57,715 bases of DNA. It comes from a virus. Taxonomy: Duplodnaviria > Caudoviricetes. The stretch lies in the IMG/VR virus record IMGVR_UViG_3300032212_000007, positions 1-57,715 of that record. One strand, written 5' to 3'. Under the pieces are notes generated by a model. It made no database searches, was not told where the DNA came from, and saw only the letters and a program-made list of their open reading frames with translations. The position numbers and the translations under genes were made by a program. Position 1 is the stretch's first letter; every line of letters begins with the position of its first letter. Positions 7,637 through 17,935 of this stretch are shown here, one piece after another.

Positions 7637-10318
7637 ATGATAAATATAGACTATAAACGTGATGAGCTATTTGATGAGTATTCAAAAGAGACATTTAAAG
7701 ATAGATACCAATTACCTCATGAGCACTCTCCTCAAGACGCTTTGGCAAGAGCGGCACAAGCATGGTCAGGAGGTGATAGTGAATTAGCTCAACGTCTTTA
7801 CGACTATAGTTCCAAGCATTGGTTTATGTTTGCGTCACCAGTATTAGCCAACGCACCGGAAGGTGATGAAAGTCCTAGAGGAATGCCTATCTCATGTTTC
7901 CTCTCGTCTGTGGAAGATTCTCGTAACGGTATTAATAAGCATTGGTGTGATAATACATGGCTAGCTTCAGGAGGGGGAGGTATAGGCTCTAATTGGGGGA
8001 AACTACGTAGCATTGGACAGGCTACTTCTACAGGTAATAAGACCACTGGTATAATGCCCTTTATAAAGGTAGTAGATAGCCAAATGTTAGCAGTAAAACA
8101 GGGTAGTTGTTACGCTCCGGGAACAGAAGTCCTGACTAATAAGGGGTGGGTTGATTTTAAGGACTTAGATGTTTATCATAAAGTGGCTCAAGTAACGGAT
8201 GATAGAACAACAGAGTTTGTGACACCTTTAGACATTATTAAAGAAGATTATGAAGGTGACTTATATCATTTCACACATAATAGCCAGTGTATAGATTTAC
8301 TAGTTACGGCTAATCATTCTATGGTATATGAAGATGAAGCAGGTAAGCTACATAAAAGACGGGCTGATGAGATAGTATACAAAAAAGGTATGACACACCA
8401 TTGTTCTGCTCCTGCTGCTACTAGTAGTAGTAGTCCTCGACTCACTCATAGACAGCGTTTACAAATAGCTTTCCAAGCGGAAGGATATAGACTGTCAACA
8501 GATAATAAGCTACATTTTAGATTAGCTCAACAGTGTAAGGCTGACCGTCTAAAGAGTATATTAGACCTATGTGGTACTGACTACCTACTATCGATGGATG
8601 CTAATGATAATACGTTATTTTCTATAGATAAGACTACTTTCTGTTCTAAGGACTTCCGTGAAATGTTTTCTTTAGAAAATGTGACCCAGCAGTTTGCAAA
8701 AGATTTTGTTGATGAAGTAAAATATTGGGGAGAGGGACACTCTAGTAGTGGTAAGTTTAGCTTTACTAGTCATTATAAGTATAACATTAACTTCGTTCAT
8801 GGCATGGCAGTTTTAGCGGACTATAAAGTCACTGATAGGGAGGGCTTTCTGGTGATTACTGATCATGCTTCGGTTTCTGGAGACGGTATTGAAATCTCTA
8901 CTAGGGCGTATAAAGGAAAGGTATATTGTGCTGAAGTTCCATCAGGCCGTTTACTAGTACGTTATAACGGCGTGGTCTCTGTATGTGGTAATACTCGCAG
9001 GGCAGCATATGCAGCTTACTTGCCGATTAGTCATCCGGAAATAGAAGAGTTTATGAGAATACGTAAACTAGATGGAGGAGACTTAAATAGGAAATGTTTA
9101 AATCTACATCATGGAGTAAGTATTCCAGATAGCTTTATGAATCTTCTACTATCTTCTATAGAGAATCCTGAAGTAGATGACTCATGGGATTTAGTGGACC
9201 CACATTCAAAAGAGATTGTTAAGACTGTATCAGCTAAGGCGCTATGGTCACATTTACTGACTTTAAGATATGATGTAGGTGAGCCATATCTATTCTTTGA
9301 AGACACCACTAATCGACTCCAGCCAGAAGCTCATGCAAAATTAGGTTTAAAGGTATCTCAATCGAATCTATGTACAGAAATTACGTTACCTACAGGCTTA
9401 GATCATTATGGTAAGGAGCGTATAGCAGTATGTTGCCTGTCTTCTTTAAACATAGAGAACTATGAGCAGTGGAAGGACACAAATATAGTACAAGATTTAA
9501 TTACTATGTTAGATAATGTGATTGAATATTATATCACACATTCTACAATAGAGGCTGCTGCGTATAGTGCCGCTAGAGAAAGAAGTCTAGGATTAGGTAC
9601 AATGGGATTCCATGCATATTTACAATCCAAGAATATTCCATTTGAGTCAGCATTGGCGGTAGGAGCTACAAACAATATATTCCGTATAATCAGAGAACGT
9701 ACTGAAGAGCAGACTAAAGTATTAGGAGCATTAAAAGGATCATGTCCGGACTATATTGACGCACAGTTACCGGGCTTTAGACGTAATATGCACTTATTGG
9801 CTATCGCACCGAATGCGAGTTCAAGTATATTATGCGGAAATACAAGTCCTAGTATAGAGCCTTTAAGAGCTAACTGTTTCTCTCAAAAGACTAGTAACGG
9901 TACTAATATTTATAAGAATCCTTATCTGGATAAATTACTAATGGAAAAAGTAGGTCATGATGAGATATATAAGGAGACATGGAAATCTATCACTGATAAT
10001 AGAGGTTCTGTACAGCATTTAGATATTTTAACAGATTATGAAAAAGATATCTTTAAGACAGCTATAGAGTTAGACCAGTTCTGGGTTATAGAACATGCCT
10101 CACATCGTCAAAAATATTTAGACCAAGCACAGTCTATAAATCTGTTCTTCCCTGAAAATTGTGCTAAATCGTATATACATAAAGTCCATACAACTGCATG
10201 GGCTAAGGGAATTAAATCATTATATTACTGCCGTAGTGAGGCTAGTAGCAGAGCGGAAAATATCAATACTAAAGTTACAAAATTTGATTATGATGAATGT
10301 TTAAGTTGTGAGGGATAG
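7637..10318 (+). CDS. nrdA: Ribonucleotide reductase class I alpha subunit, intein-containing
   Basis: PISCF, GGGIG, QSNLCTEI, AIAPNASSS, DQAQSINL, C-terminal CLSCEG. Confidence 0.96.
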   Translation: MINIDYKRDELFDEYSKETFKDRYQLPHEHSPQDALARAAQAWSGGDSELAQRLYDYSSKHWFMFASPVLANAPEGDESPRGMPISCFLSSVEDSRNGINKHWCDNTWLASGGGGIGSNWGKLRSIGQATSTGNKTTGIMPFIKVVDSQMLAVKQGSCYAPGTEVLTNKGWVDFKDLDVYHKVAQVTDDRTTEFVTPLDIIKEDYEGDLYHFTHNSQCIDLLVTANHSMVYEDEAGKLHKRRADEIVYKKGMTHHCSAPAATSSSSPRLTHRQRLQIAFQAEGYRLSTDNKLHFRLAQQCKADRLKSILDLCGTDYLLSMDANDNTLFSIDKTTFCSKDFREMFSLENVTQQFAKDFVDEVKYWGEGHSSSGKFSFTSHYKYNINFVHGMAVLADYKVTDREGFLVITDHASVSGDGIEISTRAYKGKVYCAEVPSGRLLVRYNGVVSVCGNTRRAAYAAYLPISHPEIEEFMRIRKLDGGDLNRKCLNLHHGVSIPDSFMNLLLSSIENPEVDDSWDLVDPHSKEIVKTVSAKALWSHLLTLRYDVGEPYLFFEDTTNRLQPEAHAKLGLKVSQSNLCTEITLPTGLDHYGKERIAVCCLSSLNIENYEQWKDTNIVQDLITMLDNVIEYYITHSTIEAAAYSAARERSLGLGTMGFHAYLQSKNIPFESALAVGATNNIFRIIRERTEEQTKVLGALKGSCPDYIDAQLPGFRRNMHLLAIAPNASSSILCGNTSPSIEPLRANCFSQKTSNGTNIYKNPYLDKLLMEKVGHDEIYKETWKSITDNRGSVQHLDILTDYEKDIFKTAIELDQFWVIEHASHRQKYLDQAQSINLFFPENCAKSYIHKVHTTAWAKGIKSLYYCRSEASSRAENINTKVTKFDYDECLSCEG
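8108..8992 (+). mobile_element. Intein in NrdA (about 295 aa, degenerate LAGLIDADG-like middle)
   Basis: Starts CYAPGTEVLT; block B LLVTANH; block F VYCAEVP; ends VCGN followed by T; removal restores KQGS|TRRAA. Confidence 0.9.
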
Positions 10319-10422
10319 GATGAAAAAAGACCAAGAATATGATATAACTAATCGAGAATTATTAATAGAAATTTTAGAGGAGTTAGAAGTGTTACAAGAA
10401 GATATAGCGAGGGTATTAGGTA

Positions 10423-11397
10423 ATGAGTAGAATATTAGAAGAAAGAGTGGCATATAAGCCTTTACTATATCCTTGGGCTTATGACTCTTATAAAGAACAG
10501 CACCAAGCTCATTGGCTGCCTGAAGAGATTAATTTTGAAGATGATATACAAGATTGGAATAAAGCTTTAACAGATGCTGAGAGGGATTTCCTAACTAATA
10601 TCCTTCGATTCTTTACACAAGGGGATGTTTCAGTAGCAGAAGCATATACTAAAAAGTTTTTACCAGTCTTTAAACATCCTGAGTTAGTTATGATGATGTC
10701 TTCAATAGCATCATGTGAGGCAATACATATAGACGCCTATAGTCAGGTAATTGATACTATAGGTATGCCAGAAACTCTTTATAGCTCTTTCACAGAGATT
10801 AAAGAGATGAAAGATAAATATGATTATATAACTGAACAGAAATCATTTGTACTACCTGATGGCAGTATAGATATTCCTGAATTAGCTAAACAGATCGCTA
10901 TATATGCTGCATTTACTGAAGGTATGCATTTATTCAGTAGCTTTGTCATGCTATTAAACTTTCCTAGAATGAATAAGATGAAAGGCATGGGACAGGTTAT
11001 TACATGGTCTATAAGAGATGAAACTATACATTTTGAAAGTATGATTAAATTATTTAGAACAATCATTAAAGAGAATCCATCTATTTGGACAGATGATTTT
11101 AAAGCAGAGCTTTATCAGATGGCTAGAGATATGGTAAAACTGGAAGATAACTTTATTGACATTGCGTTTAGTTCGGGCGGGATAATTAATCTAACTGCTG
11201 ATGAAGTGAAGAATTATATTCGATTTATAGCGGACAGGAGGCTACTACAGCTAGGATTAAAACCTAATTACAATGTTACTACTCATTCACTAGATTGGTA
11301 TGCTGATTTGGTAAATGCAGTAGAACATACAAACTTCTTTGAAAATAGAGTTACTGAGTATTCTAAAGGAACATTAACTGGAGATTGGTATGCCTAG
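10423..11397 (+). CDS. nrdB: Ribonucleotide reductase class I beta subunit
   Basis: HWLPEE, FFTQGD, EAIHIDAYS, EGMHLFSSF, RDETIH, NFFENRVTEY. Confidence 0.96.
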   Translation: MSRILEERVAYKPLLYPWAYDSYKEQHQAHWLPEEINFEDDIQDWNKALTDAERDFLTNILRFFTQGDVSVAEAYTKKFLPVFKHPELVMMMSSIASCEAIHIDAYSQVIDTIGMPETLYSSFTEIKEMKDKYDYITEQKSFVLPDGSIDIPELAKQIAIYAAFTEGMHLFSSFVMLLNFPRMNKMKGMGQVITWSIRDETIHFESMIKLFRTIIKENPSIWTDDFKAELYQMARDMVKLEDNFIDIAFSSGGIINLTADEVKNYIRFIADRRLLQLGLKPNYNVTTHSLDWYADLVNAVEHTNFFENRVTEYSKGTLTGDWYA

Positions 11398-11683
11398 AAA
11401 GAAATTAAATGGATGGAAATGTCCTATAAAACATCCACCGAAAACAGGAGACACTATTTTAATATATTATGGTAAACTACCAGCTACCGTATATGTCAGT
11501 GGCGATATGGTTAATCCGAATGTAAAATATTATCTAAGTGTAGAGACTGGTAAGATATTACAGGATATAGGTATACTCTACTGGAGACAGATACCAGAGC
11601 CGCCTAATGACTTGGAGCAGTTGATGGAAGAAGCTGTACAGAAGTCTAAAGAGCTAAATGAGGTCAATGAAACAGTACATTAG
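11390..11683 (+). CDS. Hypothetical protein (DUF551-like W...P...WxxxPEPP pattern)
   Basis: Motifs WKCPIKHPP and YWRQIPEPP. Confidence 0.5.
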   Translation: MPRKKLNGWKCPIKHPPKTGDTILIYYGKLPATVYVSGDMVNPNVKYYLSVETGKILQDIGILYWRQIPEPPNDLEQLMEEAVQKSKELNEVNETVH

Positions 11684-11818
11684 AGGAAGATATGGTTACC
11701 GGAAAAGATGTAAATAATATTGTTAGAATTAATAAATTACAGAAAGAGATTAAAGATTTACAGATGAAATTACTAGCAGCAAAGCATCTTAATTCACAAT
11801 TAAAGGAGAGGTTAGATA

Positions 11819-12484
11819 ATGAATATAAAGATACTGAATAATATTACATTACTAGATTCAATGGGATCTGATTTAACAGTAGTTAATGCGGCTAGAGTGT
11901 CATTAAGTAAATCACATGAAGTTTTTGAAGAAGAGAATGATACTAGGCTAATAAATTACTTAGCTAAACATAAGCATAAAGCTCCATTCTTCCATCCTAA
12001 GATACAGTTTAGGATTAGAATGCCTATATTCATAGCTAGGCAGTGGTTTAAACATAATATTGGCATAGATAGAAGTGAAGAGTCTCGTAGGTATATCGAT
12101 AATGATCCTGAGTTCTATGAGATAACCAAATGGAGGGAAGCTTCCTCAGACATTAAACAAGGATCATTAAGCAGTTCTGTGGACTTAACATTAATACAGG
12201 ATACTCTATCTGATCATTATTTACAAGCACGTGAGTTATACGGACGTTTACTAGACCTTGGGGCATGTGCTGAACAGGCTAGAACTATGCTGCCACAATC
12301 AATGTACACCGAATGGATAGAGACCGGTTCGTTATATGCTTATGCTAATTTAGTAGAACTTAGAACAAGTGAACATGCTCAAAAAGAGATAAAAGATTAT
12401 GCGTTAGTTATCGAAAGACATGTATCAAAATTATTCCCAGTTAGTTGGCAAGCATTAATGGAGACTATGAGAGATGACGTTTAA
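11819..12484 (+). CDS. thyX: Flavin-dependent thymidylate synthase
   Basis: VVNAARVS, H..PF, PIFIARQW, SEESRRY, EQARTMLPQ, HAQKEI. Confidence 0.95.
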   Translation: MNIKILNNITLLDSMGSDLTVVNAARVSLSKSHEVFEEENDTRLINYLAKHKHKAPFFHPKIQFRIRMPIFIARQWFKHNIGIDRSEESRRYIDNDPEFYEITKWREASSDIKQGSLSSSVDLTLIQDTLSDHYLQARELYGRLLDLGACAEQARTMLPQSMYTEWIETGSLYAYANLVELRTSEHAQKEIKDYALVIERHVSKLFPVSWQALMETMRDDV

Positions 12485-12767
12485 GAAATTTGATCAAGAT
12501 AAAGTAAAATTATCTTTACTGCCTTGGAAAGCTATAAGAATAGTTACACGTGTGTTAATGTTTGGGGTAGAGAAATATGGAGAGAATAATTGGAAACTGT
12601 GTGATGATCGGGACAGGTATGTAAACGCAGCTTTAAGGCATATCACCGATTATATAGAGGGCGAAAAAAAAGACCCAGAAACTAATCTGAGTCCTATAGC
12701 ACATGCTATATGTGATTTATTATTCGTGTTACATTTTGAGCTAGAAGATGAAGTACAAGCCGATTAG
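12474..12767 (+). CDS. dATP/dGTP diphosphohydrolase-domain protein (DUF5664-like)
   Basis: KFDQDK, FGVEKYGENNW, AALRH, DPETNLSPIAHAICDLLF. Confidence 0.8.
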   Translation: MTFKKFDQDKVKLSLLPWKAIRIVTRVLMFGVEKYGENNWKLCDDRDRYVNAALRHITDYIEGEKKDPETNLSPIAHAICDLLFVLHFELEDEVQAD

Positions 12768-12910
12768 TTATATAGAAGATGATTTATATTATGATGAATG
12801 CGGAACACCTCATTTAGAGGTCACAGACGAAGGGAGTGATTATGTTTTTTCAGGACTATATGATGCTAATGGTATTCCACTATATCATGTTAAACCAACT
12901 ATCGGATTTA

Positions 12911-13243
12911 TTAAGTGACTTTTTGGAATATACTGAAGATTCCTTTCACTTTACCAATAACCCATCCACTACCTAAAGCCACTCCACCAATAATCCAAGC
13001 CCATGTAGAGTTAAATGTACGCTCTACAGGGCTGGCTTTATTATTAAGTCGATTAACAGTTTTAGCAGTTAGTTTACAGAGTTTAACATCTTGTATAACG
13101 TGATCTGGTACTTTATTCTTTAATATCCATTCTGCCGTTTCTCTTGTAGGTTCGTGTGCATGGAATACAGGACGTACATTGACATATTTAGTTTGAGTAC
13201 AGCCTGATAAAAATAGTGTCACTATTAGAATATATTTAATCAT
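12911..13243 (-). CDS. Lipoprotein, probable spanin
   Basis: Lipobox LFLSGC after a short hydrophobic signal; last gene of the lysis cluster; hydrophobic C-terminus. Confidence 0.6.
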   Translation of the reverse strand: MIKYILIVTLFLSGCTQTKYVNVRPVFHAHEPTRETAEWILKNKVPDHVIQDVKLCKLTAKTVNRLNNKASPVERTFNSTWAWIIGGVALGSGWVIGKVKGIFSIFQKVT

Positions 13244-13490
13244 CTAGTAAATATTCCCTATCATTAAGGCTTATAAACTTATTATATTCCTCTGATATTA
13301 TCTCATTATCTGTCGCTTGTTCGGATATAATACTTAGTGAGTTCTCTAATTTACTATCCGTAATACCTTCAGCTTTACCGAAATGATATGCCAACATAGA
13401 AAAGCCTATCCCCAAGATTATTAGAGATAGGCTCATAATGCTTATAATTTTATAAAACCTTTTAACAGGTATTGTATCAGTTGTAGGCAT
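13236..13490 (-). CDS. Probable inner-membrane spanin
   Basis: N-terminal transmembrane helix then a helical soluble segment; overlaps the lipoprotein gene. Confidence 0.5.
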   Translation of the reverse strand: MPTTDTIPVKRFYKIISIMSLSLIILGIGFSMLAYHFGKAEGITDSKLENSLSIISEQATDNEIISEEYNKFISLNDREYLLDD

Positions 13491-13723
13491 TATTCAATAG
13501 TTTTTGTTGCTTTTTTACGACCACTAATAGAACGTAAACTACCGATAATAGCAGAAATAGCTCCTATTGCTACTAGAATAGCTTCAGCACCGATTTGTAG
13601 TACCTCACCATCTAATACTAATCCTGTCGCACCAGCGACGGAAACCAGTACACCAATTATAGCATAGATGTTATTACGTATTGTCTGTGATTCATACCAC
13701 TTTTTTGAGTCTGTCATACTCAC
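13490..13723 (-). CDS. Holin
   Basis: KKWYESQT start, two transmembrane helices, basic C-terminus. Confidence 0.65.
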   Translation of the reverse strand: MSMTDSKKWYESQTIRNNIYAIIGVLVSVAGATGLVLDGEVLQIGAEAILVAIGAISAIIGSLRSISGRKKATKTIE

Positions 13724-13746
13724 CTCTAAATGTTAATTGTTTATTA

Positions 13747-13775
13747 AACTTACCATAGTTATAGAAATTTGTCAA
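13747..13775 (-). promoter_or_regulatory. Sigma70-type promoter for the lysis cassette
   Basis: TTGACA-17 nt-TAAGTT with TG extension on the minus strand, just upstream of the holin. Confidence 0.55.
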
Positions 13776-13778
13776 TAG

Positions 13779-16661
13779 CTATTTCTCTATGTTACGCCTA
13801 TCAGCAGATTCTCTCATTAACTGCCTGAATTCCTCTTTAGTGTCACGATCACTAAGCATCTCTTTAATAGCAATAGCAGATCCAAATGCCATCGCTCTAG
13901 TACTTGGAGTGTACTGCGTTGGTTGTCCTCTTCCTAATATAAAGTTCCTAAATACAGGAGACATTAGTAATTGTGCTTCCAGATTCATAGTAGAGATTTC
14001 TAGACCGGATGACAAGGCTCTTGTAGGGTTAGTAAATAAAGTATGTAAGCTGAAATCCGCGGCTAGAGACGCTGCTTGTAGAGACGCTCCTACATCCCCC
14101 TCAACTTTAAGCATATTAGAAATTGTTGTCCAATCCTTTATTTGTTGAGCTACTTTATCAGGGAATATTAACTTTGTTAAACCACTCTCCTCAAATCCTC
14201 GCATAGTTTTACTAAATTTCTTTGTATCTAATTTCAAAGAATTTTCGGTGAGGTCAATAGAATCTTTCGTAGCCTTTTCCAGCATACCCCATCTTAGCAT
14301 CTTTTTAATAGCTTCAGGACGGCGTACAGACTTGATAATGGTATTTAATTCCTCAACACTAGCCTCACTAGCAAGTTTAATTGCGAACTCAGCATCAGTT
14401 ACATCTTTAGTGAGTAACTCTTTAAACTTACCTTTATTAAATATATCAAATGCTGCTCCTACAGATTTCAGATTCTGAACGTCATTAGAATTAACAAGTA
14501 AACCTAAACTGTCACTGCTCTCCAATTTCCGTAGCTTCTGAGTTATCTCATTAGGATTGTTTAATAGATTTAAATAAAATCCTTCACGTATCTCATTAAA
14601 GGCTTTAGGATCAATTGTGTCACGTAATAATAATAGATATTCAGTATCCTCTCCTTCTAATAGTCTTCTACCTAATGCAGAATAATCTTTATCTTTAACT
14701 AATCCTAATGCATAATCAGCTTTCCTATTCTTTATAAAGGAGCTATATTCATGATTCAATTCTCTCCATGCATCTAATTTCTCTACCGGAACGCCTAACG
14801 GGTTAGCTCGTGCATCGGTAATAGATTTAACTATTCCCCTTGCAAAGGATTGACGTGAATCTGTAATAGCAGGATCAGTAGAGTATGCATGTTTAGACAT
14901 GATATCAGAGATACGATTCATTACATCTAATCCACTTGTTGTTACTTCCCCTGTTATAGGATCTACTGTGTCCTGTATCTTAGTGGATAGTGATCTAACA
15001 GTATCTAAGTCAGTTAAAAAGTCTTTTCCGAATGAAGGTTTTAGTTTTACACCATCAACTTCAAGAATTTGTGTAGAAGGATTAGTATTAATCTTTTCGA
15101 TTGTATCTGATAAGTCAAAAGTAGGTCTGTCTTGTCTAAGAGCTTTATAATTAGCTCTGTAAGCATTTCGGAAGTATGTCTGATTATCTGTTACATATTT
15201 ATTAAATGCAGCTTTAGCTTTTGTACCTACTTCAAACGTACTTGGGCGTTTTCCAGAAATAGTTTTTAACGTCTTTTCAAAACTACCTCCTCTAGTAGGG
15301 TCCCCAGTCTTATCCAAGAAGTTCTTAGTCATTTCCGTAAATTCCAGATCATCCAGTACAGAATCCTTATCAAATTCCGCTAATGTTCTAAGTTTAATGC
15401 CTTGAGTTACAGTGTCATGTAAGGCTACTTTTTGACTTAGATTTAATGTAGGCAGTGAGGAAGATAGTTCTTGAATCTCTTCAATATTATTAAAGAGAGT
15501 TTGAATTTGTTCTTTCTTCTTGGTTCTTAGTCCCTCTGAGAATGCCGATAGTTGAGCTTCACGCTGCTTTGCGGAGCTGAATTTCTGTCCCGGTGTGAAA
15601 AACTGTTCTGCATCTATATCAAGTCGGGCAGCGGCTTCTGAAGCCTCTAACATATCATCACGTCTATTTTTAAACGTACCTATCTTGCCTATAAGCGGAG
15701 TACCAGACTTTCTAAGCTGTGAAAATCTATCTACAAAGGTAGCAAAGCTTTCCTCCATAGTCCCTTGAATAGCTGCATTCTTCCACTGACGTTCCTGATC
15801 TTCTTCTGTATCAATCTGAACACCTTGAATCTCTTGGAAATATTGTGATAGTTGTTCTGATAAAGAACCTGCACCAGACTGTTTAGCCAAACGTATGCCC
15901 CAATTTACCAGTCCCGGACCCCTTCCTAACGGTGTCATCTCTGCGACTGCTATGGCTGCCTCTTCTGGGCCTATAGAACCAATAAATGATGCAATATCAC
16001 CGCTATCATATTCACGGAAATTCTGCACCGGATACCATGTCTCCTTATCTTTCTCTTTAAAGAATACTTGATCTCCTGATAATGTAGGAGTTACGGTGTA
16101 ATCATAATCTGGATATTCATTCCTTAAATACAATACTTGTTCTAAACTATTGTCTAAATCACCTAGTCTAGCTCTTAATAAAGTATCGCCACCAATGAAG
16201 TCCCCGAAAGTCCTATCAAATGAATAAACTCCGAGATCTCTGGTTAGGTTTATGGACTCCAAAGCATGTTGGCGTTTTACTTCCTCTTTATACTGTATAA
16301 AAGCAGAAGGAGAAGTAGGTTCCTTGGTTACGGCTGTAAAAGGATCGGGGGAAAGGACCGACGGATCTACAGGTACATTCGGTAATTCTGAAAATAATGG
16401 AGATACTGGTGCCTGTAATGTATCACCTTTAAACTCCTTTTGAATCACTTGATAAGGGTTATATTCTTGTTGTATATCTACTGGTTCATTTGCTTCTATA
16501 AGAGCTTGAAGCTCTGTATCTAAAGCAATATCTTCCTCAGATCTTACATTAGGATTTATCCCCAGATCTATATCTTGGTTCTCTAGTACTAACTGGTTTA
16601 ATTCATCTTCTTCAGTCTGTAGTACTGAATCGGCTATTGTTATCGGTGCTTGTTGTGGCAT
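13779..16661 (-). CDS. Large internal virion (ejection) protein
   Basis: 960 aa, predicted helical, at the end of the podoviral structural operon; call is positional. Confidence 0.55.
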   Translation of the reverse strand: MPQQAPITIADSVLQTEEDELNQLVLENQDIDLGINPNVRSEEDIALDTELQALIEANEPVDIQQEYNPYQVIQKEFKGDTLQAPVSPLFSELPNVPVDPSVLSPDPFTAVTKEPTSPSAFIQYKEEVKRQHALESINLTRDLGVYSFDRTFGDFIGGDTLLRARLGDLDNSLEQVLYLRNEYPDYDYTVTPTLSGDQVFFKEKDKETWYPVQNFREYDSGDIASFIGSIGPEEAAIAVAEMTPLGRGPGLVNWGIRLAKQSGAGSLSEQLSQYFQEIQGVQIDTEEDQERQWKNAAIQGTMEESFATFVDRFSQLRKSGTPLIGKIGTFKNRRDDMLEASEAAARLDIDAEQFFTPGQKFSSAKQREAQLSAFSEGLRTKKKEQIQTLFNNIEEIQELSSSLPTLNLSQKVALHDTVTQGIKLRTLAEFDKDSVLDDLEFTEMTKNFLDKTGDPTRGGSFEKTLKTISGKRPSTFEVGTKAKAAFNKYVTDNQTYFRNAYRANYKALRQDRPTFDLSDTIEKINTNPSTQILEVDGVKLKPSFGKDFLTDLDTVRSLSTKIQDTVDPITGEVTTSGLDVMNRISDIMSKHAYSTDPAITDSRQSFARGIVKSITDARANPLGVPVEKLDAWRELNHEYSSFIKNRKADYALGLVKDKDYSALGRRLLEGEDTEYLLLLRDTIDPKAFNEIREGFYLNLLNNPNEITQKLRKLESSDSLGLLVNSNDVQNLKSVGAAFDIFNKGKFKELLTKDVTDAEFAIKLASEASVEELNTIIKSVRRPEAIKKMLRWGMLEKATKDSIDLTENSLKLDTKKFSKTMRGFEESGLTKLIFPDKVAQQIKDWTTISNMLKVEGDVGASLQAASLAADFSLHTLFTNPTRALSSGLEISTMNLEAQLLMSPVFRNFILGRGQPTQYTPSTRAMAFGSAIAIKEMLSDRDTKEEFRQLMRESADRRNIEK

Positions 16662-17932
16662 TATTTGCCTCTTCTGCTTGGGAATAATTGATCTAATGCA
16701 GCGTTATATTCTTCAGGTGTTACTAAGCCTTTTTTCCGCTTCTCCATCCATTCTCTAGCCAGTAAGTTCCTGTTATTCTTGGCTTGATCCGGGGTTAGAA
16801 TACCTGCTTTACTTTCATTATATAATTGATTAAATCTGGTGTGTAAGGCATTAGCTGGACTGTCTACTTTGACTTTCTCTTCTTTAGGTGTCCAAAGTTT
16901 TTTAATTGTAGGACTGACAGAGTCTGTAATGATAGATGGGCTTTTACCGTTATTCGTTAAAATGTTTCTATTATATACTAGACTATCCCCTAAATAAGTT
17001 TGCATAGCAGATACTGCTGCTGCAATTTGTTTGGGACTATTAATAATGCCGATAGTACCATTTTTCATGCCTTCTGAAATCGATGTAGCGATAGCAACAG
17101 CCTGTCTGTCTTTATCTGACAATCTATCACCATCATTCGCTGCTTTACCTACCGCGGTGATATATAGAGATATTTCCGCCTGAAGAGCAGAAGCGGCTTC
17201 TATATCTTTATCAGTTAGCTGTGTTCTATTAAACGGAGTTTCACCTGCTGACTCCCCATCCTCAATGAAACCCATAGCCAAGTCTAAGGCTCCTTGTAGG
17301 CTTTTAGTTGACCCTGTAAAGGTATCAAAATATCTTCCAAAGGTGTTAGCAATTCGTGAACGAGTATCCAAGGCCCCAGTTTTTAGTCCTGTTAAAACCC
17401 TTTCACCTAATGTATATGCACTTCTACCAGACACAAAAGCTGTTTCAGCTAGTCTTTGTGCTGATTTAGATAACATATCATCAGATAAGCGGTCTCCTGT
17501 CCTGTACACTGTAGCACGTGCCTGTGACACATCCAAGTCACTATTCTCAACTAGGTATTTGACTTCAGCTTCCTGTTGTCTTAATTTATATAAAGGATCG
17601 TTGAACTCTCGTTGTCTACCGAGTTCCAATCTATCGGCATTTGTCTCTAATTGACTATAAGCGGCCTCGAAATCTACATTACCTTTTTGGTAATCAGAAA
17701 GTACAGCGGATGTTTTAGCTAGTTTAGCTGCTTCTTTAGCCGCTTTACTACCGTTAATAGCCTTTTCACGTCTGACAGCTTCATCAGTCTGGAATCTAAT
17801 TTTAGCCATATCAGAACGAGTTTTGGAAGCAGCTGCCGCAATAGCTTTTTGATCTGCTGTATCTTGGTCTAATAATTGCGTAGCCTTATCAGAGGCTCCT
17901 ATCAGTAATCCACTTAGAAACGCACTTACCAT
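16661..17932 (-). CDS. Internal virion protein
   Basis: 423 aa, Ala/Lys-rich helical, hydrophobic N-terminus; positional. Confidence 0.5.
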   Translation of the reverse strand: MVSAFLSGLLIGASDKATQLLDQDTADQKAIAAAASKTRSDMAKIRFQTDEAVRREKAINGSKAAKEAAKLAKTSAVLSDYQKGNVDFEAAYSQLETNADRLELGRQREFNDPLYKLRQQEAEVKYLVENSDLDVSQARATVYRTGDRLSDDMLSKSAQRLAETAFVSGRSAYTLGERVLTGLKTGALDTRSRIANTFGRYFDTFTGSTKSLQGALDLAMGFIEDGESAGETPFNRTQLTDKDIEAASALQAEISLYITAVGKAANDGDRLSDKDRQAVAIATSISEGMKNGTIGIINSPKQIAAAVSAMQTYLGDSLVYNRNILTNNGKSPSIITDSVSPTIKKLWTPKEEKVKVDSPANALHTRFNQLYNESKAGILTPDQAKNNRNLLAREWMEKRKKGLVTPEEYNAALDQLFPSRRGK

Positions 17933-17935
17933 AAT

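Noticed and set aside
951-12767. Autographiviridae (T7-like) assignment, or a prophage
   Set aside because: No single-subunit RNA polymerase, integrase or flanking host genes recognised; structural genes are on the opposite strand
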